Part shown: one piece after another, positions 16,936 to 23,956 of the stretch
Position numbering within the stretch: position 1 is the first letter of the stretch
Layout of the letters: every line of letters begins with the position of its first letter
Assembly: GCA_003482885.1 (NCBI GenBank)
Contig: DMXN01000032.1
Coordinates: 97,974-142,186, forward strand
Reading direction: 5' to 3'
DNA length: 44,213 nucleotides
Source of the DNA: Candidatus Moraniibacteriota bacterium
GTDB taxonomy: Bacteria > Patescibacteriota > Minisyncoccia > Moranbacterales > UBA2206
Made by a program: the position numbers and the translations under genes
The notes under the pieces: model-generated
The model's input: only the letters and a program-made list of their open reading frames with translations
Databases searched by the model: none
Told to the model about the DNA's origin: nothing

Positions 16936-16965
16936 TTTGGCTGATTGAATGACGGACTATGATTG
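16924..16965 (+). repeat. ~42-nt gene-3'-end repeat, copy 1 (overlaps the UbiA stop codon)
   Basis: cttgaactgtgatttggctgattgaatgacggactatgattg. The reverse complement of 37836-37876 is cttgaactgtgatttgtctgattgaatgataggctatgatt (about 5 mismatches). In both copies the embedded tga is the stop codon of the gene. Confidence 0.8.
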
Positions 16966-16987
16966 AAAGTTTTAAAAGTGCGTCAAA

Positions 16988-17866
16988 TTAATTTAGCAGG
17001 TTTGATAATCTTTTCCAATCCTCCACGCTCAACTCTTGCGCTCTAGCCGTTGGTTTCAATCCAACGGTTTTTATTTTTTCTTCCACAATATTTTTATCAA
17101 GTTGCAAACTATTCGCAAGATTGTTGACAAGAGTTTTTCGTTTTGCCGAAAATCCAGCCCTGATTATTTTAAAGAATCTTTTTCTTTCTTTGTTTGGCGC
17201 TTTGTGCTTTTTACATAGTACTTTTATTACTGCGCTGTCCACTTTCGGTTCTGGAAAAAAAGATTTTTTGTTGACATAAAAAAGCAATTCCGGCATGGCG
17301 TAATATTGCACAGAAACGGACAGAATGCTCATTTCGCCCGGCTTGGCGCAAATTCTTTCTGCCACTTCTTTTTGCACCATCAAAATCATTTCAGTCGGCG
17401 GGCAGGCGCTTTCTAAAAATAATCGAATAATCGCTGAAGTAATATAATACGGAATGTTGGCGATTAGTTTGTAATTTATTTGTCCGCTTCCTGCCGTAGA
17501 GACGAGGCACTGCCTCGTCTCTACGGATGTGGATATATCCGCAGTAGAGACGCCCCGCCGGGGCGTCTCTACAAATCCATCAACCAATTCCGCCAAATTT
17601 ATTTTCAAAATATCTCCCCGAATAATTTTAATTTTGTCATTCTCGTGAAAACGGGAATCCAGTTTCGCTACTAAATTATCGTCCAATTCTACGGCCAAAT
17701 TTTTTTTAGCGTACTTAGCTAATTCTTGCGTCAAAACTCCTTCTCCCGGACCGATTTCAATCACAAAATCGTCCGGTTTCAAGTCGGCGGATTGAATAAT
17801 TTTTCGCAAAACTTTTTCATCTCGAAGAAAATTTTGCCCGAGAGATTTTTTTGGTTTTGTGTTCAT
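16988..17866 (-). CDS. rsmA: 16S rRNA (adenine1518/1519-N6)-dimethyltransferase RsmA/KsgA, carrying an in-frame repeat insertion
   Basis: KKSLGQNFL N-terminal signature, SAM-binding VIEIGPGEGVLT, NIPYYITS motif and MVQKEVAERI. A ~30-aa insert (FVETPRRGVSTADISTSVETRQCLVSTAGSG) precedes the NIPY motif. Confidence 0.9.
   Translation of the reverse strand: MNTKPKKSLGQNFLRDEKVLRKIIQSADLKPDDFVIEIGPGEGVLTQELAKYAKKNLAVELDDNLVAKLDSRFHENDKIKIIRGDILKINLAELVDGFVETPRRGVSTADISTSVETRQCLVSTAGSGQINYKLIANIPYYITSAIIRLFLESACPPTEMILMVQKEVAERICAKPGEMSILSVSVQYYAMPELLFYVNKKSFFPEPKVDSAVIKVLCKKHKAPNKERKRFFKIIRAGFSAKRKTLVNNLANSLQLDKNIVEEKIKTVGLKPTARAQELSVEDWKRLSNLLN
17496..17524. repeat. 29-nt palindromic element, variant copy, in frame inside rsmA
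   Basis: gtagagacgagg-cactg-cctcgtctctac (12-bp stem). Encodes VETRQCLVST on the gene strand. Confidence 0.9.
17544..17572. repeat. 29-nt palindromic element, in frame inside rsmA
   Basis: gtagagacgcccc-gcc-ggggcgtctctac (13-bp stem). Encodes VETPRRGVST. Identical to the copy at 17885-17913. Confidence 0.9.
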
Positions 17867-17884
17867 GAATTTGTTCCCGCACCC

Positions 17885-17913
17885 GTAGAGACGCCCCGCC
17901 GGGGCGTCTCTAC
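17885..17913. repeat. 29-nt palindromic element, intergenic copy upstream of rsmA
   Basis: Identical 29-mer gtagagacgccccgccggggcgtctctac, 19 nt upstream of the rsmA ATG. Confidence 0.9.
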
Positions 17914-17947
17914 AATAACATTAATGCGTTTTTACATCGTTTATTTT

Positions 17948-18901
17948 TTAATTCAAAATTTCTTCCACTTTCACTCCAATCACTCCCGCGCCGAGTGAGG
18001 CGATTTTGGCAAAGGCGACTTTGTCGAGATCTATAATTCGATCTTTACCTTGCGGGCCGTAATCATTTATTTGCACAATAACTGATTTTCCGTTGGCTAA
18101 GTTGGTAATTTTAGCATAAGATCCGCGAGGAATGGTAGTGCTGGCGGCGAAAAGTCCGCCTTGATAGGAATACCAAGTGCCTTGTCCTGTTTTCGTATTT
18201 CCGGTTTTGACAAAAGTACCTTGCGTAATTATTTCTGTCACAGGATCTTTCGTGATATTTTTTTCCAGAGCAACGCGCGAAATTTCTTTGCCATCTTTGT
18301 AAGTAATTTTATATTTCACCTCGTGGATGCCTTTTTCTCCTTTTGTTTGAATTATTTTTTCTCGCCAGCCTGATTTCGAATCAAGCTTGGTTTCAGTTTT
18401 AAAATCAATTTCTTCAGGGATTATTTTTTCTTCCACATTGATGCGCGTGATAATAATTTCCATATTATTTTCGACAAGACTATTCTTGCTCGGGGTAATT
18501 TTATCCAATCGCCCAAGTGTAATATTATTTTCAACTAAAACTTTCGGAATATTTTTTGCCAGTGTATAATTTTCAATCTTTTCCCCATCGACTTTAATAT
18601 TTATTTTAACTGCGCGATCAACCTTAATCTGTGTTCCCGAATAAAGAAGCGTATTTTTATCAGGCATTATTTGATCGAGTTCGCTAAATTGTATTTTATT
18701 TTCTTGCAAAAATGAGTTGACAGTTTCCGCTTTCGTTATAGCTTTAAAATCAAGACCGTTGTCGTTTATGGAAATGGTTTTTGGCTTGGAAAAGTCTAAA
18801 TCAGGGTTAGCTTTATTTGGGAAAACAAAAAAAACATAACTCAGTGATATTATTATTAAATAGATAATAAATAATAATATTTTTTTAAATTTTTTAAGCA
18901 T
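17948..18901 (-). CDS. membrane-anchored cell-wall protein: 2x DUF348-like + G5 + RlpA-like double-psi beta-barrel domain
   Basis: N-terminal TM ILLFIIYLIIISLSYVFFVF and two repeats of the V..FL.EN.I.....D.I.P pattern. G5-like segment IPEEIDFKTETKLDSKSGWREKIIQTKGEKGIHEVKYKITYKDGKEISR...PVTEIITQGT. The C-terminus GQGTWYSYQGGLFAASTTIPRGSYAKITNLANGKSVIVQINDYGPQGKDRIIDLDKVAF matches the RlpA pattern (SWYG...TAA...LP.G..V.VTN..NG.SV.V..NDRGP...R.IDLS..A). Confidence 0.75.
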   Translation of the reverse strand: MLKKFKKILLFIIYLIIISLSYVFFVFPNKANPDLDFSKPKTISINDNGLDFKAITKAETVNSFLQENKIQFSELDQIMPDKNTLLYSGTQIKVDRAVKINIKVDGEKIENYTLAKNIPKVLVENNITLGRLDKITPSKNSLVENNMEIIITRINVEEKIIPEEIDFKTETKLDSKSGWREKIIQTKGEKGIHEVKYKITYKDGKEISRVALEKNITKDPVTEIITQGTFVKTGNTKTGQGTWYSYQGGLFAASTTIPRGSYAKITNLANGKSVIVQINDYGPQGKDRIIDLDKVAFAKIASLGAGVIGVKVEEILN

Positions 18902-18902
18902 T

Positions 18903-20435
18903 TTATTCTGTTTTGAATCTGTATTGAATCGCCTCGGCGATATGCGCCGGTTTTATAATTTCGGATTCTTCCAAATCGGCAATGGTTCTAGCGACTTTAA
19001 TGATGCGAAAATATGAGCGGGCGCTAAGATAAAAACGAGAAAGGGCGGTTTTCATCAGCTCGGCGCTGGGTCCGTCCAGTTGGCAATATGTTTTAATTTG
19101 TTCATTTTCCATTTCGCTGTTAGAAACCAGATTCAAATTGGCAAAGCGCTCTTTTTGAATTTGACGCGCTTTTTCTACGCGCTTTCTGATTTCTTTGGAA
19201 CTTTCTTGTTGGCTGTTTTCGGAAAGTTTTTCGAATTTCAATCTGGGAACTTCAATGTGAAGATCGATGCGATCAAGAATCGGACCGGAAATTTTTGATT
19301 GGTAGCGGATAATATTGGCCGGACTGCAAGAACAAGTTTTTTCCGGATCGGTGGCGTTTCCGCAGGGGCATGGATTCATGGCGGCGACCAAAGTAAATCG
19401 CGCGGGAAATTCCAAAGTGCCTTGGGCGCGGGAAATCGTAATTAATCCGTTTTCCAACGGTTGGCGCAGATTTTCCAAAACGGCGCGGGAAAATTCCGAA
19501 AATTCATCGAGAAAAAGAATTCCGCGGTGCGCCAGACTGATTTCCCCCGGTCGCGGAAAAGTTCCACCGCCAACCAAAGAAGCAGCGCTGGCGCTGTGAT
19601 GGGGCGAGCGAAATTGCCGCTTAGTAATGAGACTGGTTTCTTTGGGCAGATAACCGGCAACGGAAAATATTTTAGTCACTTCCAGCGCTTCTTTCACGGT
19701 TAAGCGGGGAAGAATCGATGCCATCGTTTTGGCCAATAAAGTTTTTCCCGATCCGGGCGGACCGCTCAAAAGCGCATTATGCCCTCCGGCGGAAGCGATT
19801 TCCAACGCTCTTTTGGCGTGCTCTTGACCTTTGATATAGCTCATATCAAAAATATGTTCCTCTTCTTCAAATAATTTTTCCAAATCTGTTTTTGGAAAAA
19901 AAGGCAAAATTAATCTTCCTTCTAAGTGATTTATCAATTCTTTAAGATTGGAAACTGCAATGACATTGATATCGTCTATAATCGACGCTTCTTTGGCATT
20001 TTCCAGCGGGACAAAAATCGTACTGATGTTTTTTTCTTTGGCAAGAAGCGCGACAAGCAGAACGCCCTTTACCGGTCGGATTTTTCCGTCCAAAGAAAGT
20101 TCTCCAATAAAAATTTTATCGCTGTGGTCAAAAGAAATTTGCTTGGTAGTGAGAAGAAGCCCGAGCGCTATCGGCAAATCGTAAAGCGGTCCGACTTTTG
20201 GCAAATCGGCCGGAGCAAGATTGACAGTAATTCTTCCATAACGATGCGGAGCGGTGTAGCCACTATTTTTAATGGCGGAGCTTACGCGATCTTGCGATTC
20301 TTTGATAGCAGTGTCGGGAAGACCGACAATATTAAAGCGGTGCATTCCGGCCGAAAGCGTATCAACTTCCACTTCCACCAGTGCGCTTTTCAGTCCGATG
20401 ACAGCCGCCGAAAGCACTTTTGATGACATAGACAT
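18903..20435 (-). CDS. comM: YifB/ComM-family Mg-chelatase-like AAA+ ATPase
   Basis: 510 aa. N-terminal Lon-like domain (VEVEVD...GLPD), Walker A LLSGPPGSGKTLLAK, Walker B GILFLDEFSEF, CPCG zinc-ribbon-like CPCGNATDPEKTCSC, and the C-terminal signature SARSYFRIIKVARTIADLE. Confidence 0.9.
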   Translation of the reverse strand: MSMSSKVLSAAVIGLKSALVEVEVDTLSAGMHRFNIVGLPDTAIKESQDRVSSAIKNSGYTAPHRYGRITVNLAPADLPKVGPLYDLPIALGLLLTTKQISFDHSDKIFIGELSLDGKIRPVKGVLLVALLAKEKNISTIFVPLENAKEASIIDDINVIAVSNLKELINHLEGRLILPFFPKTDLEKLFEEEEHIFDMSYIKGQEHAKRALEIASAGGHNALLSGPPGSGKTLLAKTMASILPRLTVKEALEVTKIFSVAGYLPKETSLITKRQFRSPHHSASAASLVGGGTFPRPGEISLAHRGILFLDEFSEFSRAVLENLRQPLENGLITISRAQGTLEFPARFTLVAAMNPCPCGNATDPEKTCSCSPANIIRYQSKISGPILDRIDLHIEVPRLKFEKLSENSQQESSKEIRKRVEKARQIQKERFANLNLVSNSEMENEQIKTYCQLDGPSAELMKTALSRFYLSARSYFRIIKVARTIADLEESEIIKPAHIAEAIQYRFKTE

Positions 20436-20470
20436 AAGGATAAATTTATAATTTTCTCCGCCGTGGCGGA

Positions 20471-20977
20471 CTAATTTCTAAACAATTTTTTAATGTCTGA
20501 ATTTCTAAATTCATACAATGTCATTATAACACCGATTGTGATAAAACTATCCGCAAGATTAAAAATCGGCCAAAATTTTAGTTCGATAAAATCAATTACG
20601 CAACCATAGTATAAACGATCAAGCATATTGGAAATAGCGCCTGAGAAGATGAGAATCAGTGGGAAATAACTTAATCCGTCGTGGCGGAAAAAAGCTGAAA
20701 TGAATTTTAAATTTAAAAATTTATAAATTGAAGATTGATTGCCAACCAGAGGCTGGTCCGCCTTTGGCGGAAAAATTAAAAAACCAATAAAAAAAATAAA
20801 TATAAATTCTGTCGTTAAAACTAGCCAAAACGGCAAATGCAAGCCAAAAGCAATTCCCCTGTTGTAGATATAAAATCCGCCCCAAGAGCGGACAATATAT
20901 TTGCTTAGCTGGTCAATAAGAATTAATAAGATTATCAGAAGCAATGGCTGTATTTTTTTGTTTGTATATTCGTACAT
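20471..20977 (-). CDS. lspA: lipoprotein signal peptidase (signal peptidase II) with an in-frame repeat insertion
   Basis: IDQLSKY, NRGIAFG and FNLADSFITIGV are the conserved LspA motifs. Start placed at MYEYTNKK (ATG 20977) because the longer track ORF (to 21052) overlaps the upstream zinc-finger gene. The insert PPKADQPLVGNQ derives from repeat 20742-20771. Confidence 0.8.
   Translation of the reverse strand: MYEYTNKKIQPLLLIILLILIDQLSKYIVRSWGGFYIYNRGIAFGLHLPFWLVLTTEFIFIFFIGFLIFPPKADQPLVGNQSSIYKFLNLKFISAFFRHDGLSYFPLILIFSGAISNMLDRLYYGCVIDFIELKFWPIFNLADSFITIGVIMTLYEFRNSDIKKLFRN
20742..20771. repeat. double-hairpin module in frame inside lspA
   Basis: ccaacc-aga-ggctgg + tccgcc-ttt-ggcgga. 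Same architecture as 15040-15069. Translates (minus strand) to PPKADQPLVG within LspA. Confidence 0.8.
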
Positions 20978-20999
20978 TCGTAAAATTCGTAATTCGTAG
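20968..20999. repeat. tacgaat module array overlapping the lspA start region
   Basis: attcgtacattcgtaaaattcgtaattcgtag (reverse complement ctacgaattacgaattttacgaatgtacgaat). Confidence 0.75.
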
Positions 21000-21002
21000 G
21001 CG

Positions 21003-21350
21003 CTAGCATTTAATGCAAATTCTGGCACTAGGGTTGGCGCGCAATCTTTCAATTCCTATTTCTTTTTGACAATTTTCGCAAAATCCATAAGTGCCGCTTT
21101 CAATTCTTTCAAGCGCGCTGATTACTTCTTGTAAGTTTTTTTCCAAAGTTATTTCCACCGGCAAGTTGTCGGCATATTCTTCAACCTCGGTAGTATTATC
21201 TTCGCGGTCGTTGCCGATATTTTCAAAAGTGGTTTCATAGTCCCCTTTTTCTTTGTCGACAGGTTTGGCAATTCGTTCCAAGTTTTCTTCTAAATCTTTT
21301 CTTTCTTTCAATAAAAGATTTTTTAACTCATCTAATATTTTTTTATCCAT
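21003..21350 (-). CDS. DksA/TraR-family C4 zinc-finger protein
   Basis: 115 aa. Acidic coiled N-terminal part and C-terminal CENCQKEIGIERLRANPSARICIKC (CxxC-x17-CxxC). Confidence 0.75.
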   Translation of the reverse strand: MDKKILDELKNLLLKERKDLEENLERIAKPVDKEKGDYETTFENIGNDREDNTTEVEEYADNLPVEITLEKNLQEVISALERIESGTYGFCENCQKEIGIERLRANPSARICIKC

Positions 21351-21412
21351 TTTTTTAAAATTAATTTATTATTCTTCAACTGCTTCAGTTTAGCAAGAAA
21401 ACCAAGCGCTGT

Positions 21413-21808
21413 CTATATGGATTTCAAGTGCTTGATTTTCGCTCTGCGAGAAGTCAAATTTATCCAAACGGAAATAACATCAAAGCGATAACTGCAATCA
21501 TCAAGATTGTTTTGTTTGATATAAAAATAGGCGATTTTGTCCATTTTCCGCAATTTGTGATAATTAACATTTTCTTCTGGATTAGTATCTTGAAACTTTT
21601 GCATTTCTCGCGCTTTCACTTCGACAAAAACCAACTCGTTTTTTGCCAAATCTTTGGCAATAATATCAACCTCGCCCAATCTTCGCCCGCTCGGATTGGC
21701 ATAATTCATTGCGACTATTCTATAATTTTTGCTTTGAAGATAATTAGCGGCGATAGTTTCGCCCAAATCGCCGAAAGTTTTTTTTGATATGTTTGATATG
21801 ACAGACAT
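21413..21808 (-). CDS. yraN: YraN-family (UPF0102) endonuclease-like protein
   Basis: GDLGETIAANYLQSKNYRIVAMNY...GEVDIIAKD...LVFVEVKAR is the YraN/restriction-endonuclease-like core (D...E.K). Confidence 0.8.
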   Translation of the reverse strand: MSVISNISKKTFGDLGETIAANYLQSKNYRIVAMNYANPSGRRLGEVDIIAKDLAKNELVFVEVKAREMQKFQDTNPEENVNYHKLRKMDKIAYFYIKQNNLDDCSYRFDVISVWINLTSRRAKIKHLKSI

Positions 21809-21814
21809 TTTTAA

Positions 21815-21823
21815 AGTATAGCA
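21815..21823 (-). promoter_or_regulatory. extended -10 (TGCTATACT) 6 nt upstream of the yraN ATG
   Basis: The minus strand reads TTGCTATACTTTAAAA-ATG. No Shine-Dalgarno is present. The geometry fits a leaderless mRNA. Confidence 0.4.
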
Positions 21824-22213
21824 ATTTTTTTCAGAAAAACAAAAAACACCCTTTCTTTGGTGCTTGTTTTTCTGGCTATAGAATTTAAAAATATATTTTT
21901 CTTAATCTTAATTTTTCCTGATTTCTTTTTTGTCGTAATAGGTATGGAAACCAGGGCGTTCGACGCCCAATATTTTAAAAAATTTGGCTGGAACGCCCCA
22001 GTGTTTGTCATGTATTAACATGCAACACGGAAACGCTTTAGCCGGGTGAGAGGCATCGTCGTTATGTAGTGTACATGTATTTTATATACATGAGAGAAGA
22101 TTAATATCTGTCTGACGGTTTGTTTGGCAGATATTGTTGTTTTACCATTCTCTGGCAATTTCTTGCCTTTAAATGTTTTAAAGAACTGTGCTAGCTTTTG
22201 CTAGCGTATTTTT

Positions 22214-22260
22214 TATTGTTTGTTTTTATTTTAATAAAAAATATTGTTTGTTTTTATTTT
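22214..22260. repeat. 19-nt perfect direct repeat (tattgtttgtttttatttt) x2
   Basis: Copies at 22214-22232 and 22242-22260, separated by aataaaaaa, inside the gene-free region 22012-22645. Confidence 0.8.
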
Positions 22261-22314
22261 TGGGTCTCTGATGTCAGAAATCAGAGCGGTATTCACACAT
22301 TGGCGAATACACTT

Positions 22315-22379
22315 GAACAGTAAAACAGTTTTCAATCGCAGATAGGGGGAAATTGCGATTGAAAACTGTTTTACTGTTC
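22315..22379. repeat. 65-nt hairpin with a 26-bp perfect stem
   Basis: gaacagtaaaacagttttcaatcgca (22315-22340) / loop gatagggggaaat / tgcgattgaaaactgttttactgttc (22354-22379). No U-tract follows on either strand, so it is not a canonical intrinsic terminator. Confidence 0.9.
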
Positions 22380-22645
22380 CGAAAGACAAGTTTTTAATGT
22401 TCAATATAACTATTATAGCAGGAAAAAAGAATAGCGTCAATGCGGGATGCAAAATATTATAAAATTGCTTTATTTAAACTGTTTTTTAAAATAATAAAAT
22501 TATATTATAAGACTATTCTTTATTTCGAGTTATGTGATTATTCGCAGTTTTTTTAAAGTAAATTACTTTTCTTTAGTCATTTCAAAGGCTTGTATTTACC
22601 TTTTTTTAAGTTATCCACAGGTTGTTCGATAAAGGCTACTACTTT

Positions 22646-23866
22646 TTATTTTTGTGTTTCAGAGGTATTTTCTTTTACAGTATTTGTTATTGCAATATTA
22701 TTTACGCGATCAATTATGGCTCGCAGTGTCAGTTTGGTTGTTCCGATAAGTAATTTATTTTTATCAATAGCGTAATCAACGGACAAATTATCGGGAGAAA
22801 TAATGTTCTGGAAACGAATCTTTATTCCGGCATACTCACTATCCCCGAATTTTTTTTCTATTTTATAATCCGTCGTAAAAAAAAGCGGATTGAGCTTATC
22901 AGCCAGCGTATTTTCTTCTTGCAGCAAGGTTTTCGCCAGTTTATCGTTGTCTTTTGATTCCATAGATAAATCAATAGACAAACCTATTCTTGAAACAGAA
23001 ACATCATTATAAATAAATAAACTGAAATTACTTCCCAAGTTTTTCATAACTTGTTCGGAAAGTTTCAAGCCGATTTTAGTGGCAAAATCATTGAAAGCGA
23101 GAGGCGCGTTTTGTTGATCGGTTGCTACGAATTCAATCGGCGCTGTGTAACCTTCTTGAAAAACTTTTTGAATATACTGTTGTAAGGCAGTTTTTACTTT
23201 TTCTGTGTCTGAATCCGTATTTTCCAGACGAAGATAATTGGGATTTGTTTGCGAATAAGACAGCGTTGGTTTTTCAATTGGTTTTTCGACAGGAATTTCT
23301 ATGGGGGGAATATTTTCCGGCGTTGCTATTTCTTTTGCGGGAAATAAATTTTTTAATAAACCGGATAAATCAATTTTATTTTTTGAAAAATAATAACCGG
23401 CAGAAATTATTATTGCCGCTAAAACAAAAGCGCTCACGGGAAAAAATATCAAGCGCCGGTTAATCATAGAAATAGGACGGCTTTTCGTTAAAGGGGGCGA
23501 TTCGGTATAATTATTTCTTTTGTCAGAGTCGAAGTCAACTTTAGCTGGGATATTTTCTGTTTTTAGTATTGGCTTTTCGTTTGTCGAGTTCTCGTTTTTA
23601 GGCAAATATCTATTGTCCAAATTCAAAAATGGACTGTTTCTTTGTTTCTGGGTAAAAGCTTCTTGGTTAATTGCGGGCTTTTTTTCTTGGGACGGCGATA
23701 TTGTACCATGCGAAACATTAAAGTCTGGATTTTTAAGATTTTCCAAATCTTCCCTCATTGTATGAATCGGAATTTTTTCGATGTCAAAATCTTTTTGCTG
23801 ATTTGAATTTGAAGAGTCGTTTTTATTTTCTTCCGCGGGGAAAGATTTTTTTCGCAATCCAAACAT
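22646..23866 (-). CDS. hypothetical single-pass membrane protein
   Basis: 406 aa. Polar low-complexity N-terminal ~140 aa, one TM (LIFFPVSAFVLAAIIISAGYYF), then a ~240-aa extracytoplasmic domain. No recognisable motif. Confidence 0.6.
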   Translation of the reverse strand: MFGLRKKSFPAEENKNDSSNSNQQKDFDIEKIPIHTMREDLENLKNPDFNVSHGTISPSQEKKPAINQEAFTQKQRNSPFLNLDNRYLPKNENSTNEKPILKTENIPAKVDFDSDKRNNYTESPPLTKSRPISMINRRLIFFPVSAFVLAAIIISAGYYFSKNKIDLSGLLKNLFPAKEIATPENIPPIEIPVEKPIEKPTLSYSQTNPNYLRLENTDSDTEKVKTALQQYIQKVFQEGYTAPIEFVATDQQNAPLAFNDFATKIGLKLSEQVMKNLGSNFSLFIYNDVSVSRIGLSIDLSMESKDNDKLAKTLLQEENTLADKLNPLFFTTDYKIEKKFGDSEYAGIKIRFQNIISPDNLSVDYAIDKNKLLIGTTKLTLRAIIDRVNNIAITNTVKENTSETQK

Positions 23867-23898
23867 TTTTTTATTTTTATTAAATTAAAAAATATAAG

Positions 23899-23914
23899 CG
23901 GACAGATCTGTCCG
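23899..23914 (-). terminator. candidate pnp terminator (16-nt perfect palindrome cggacagatctgtccg)
   Basis: Lies 43 nt after the pnp stop. On the minus strand it is followed by cttatatttttt. The stem is short, so confidence is low. Confidence 0.35.
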
Positions 23915-23956
23915 TTTATATAATACAACACAATTTATTTTTTGGCTAATTTTTTT

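Noticed and set aside
21811-22011. 66-aa minus-strand ORF upstream of yraN
   Set aside because: It has a low-complexity Lys-rich middle (TTKKKSGKIKIKKN), no start context, and overlaps small hairpins (gggcgt-tcg-acgccc). It is probably non-coding.
22289-22619. oriC call based on the perfect DnaA box TTATCCACA (22611-22619) plus one near-consensus box
   Set aside because: There are only one or two boxes and no dnaA/dnaN nearby. There is no switch in gene orientation, as genes on both sides run on the minus strand. It is kept only as one element of the finding on the gene-free region. A GC-skew analysis of the whole contig would decide.
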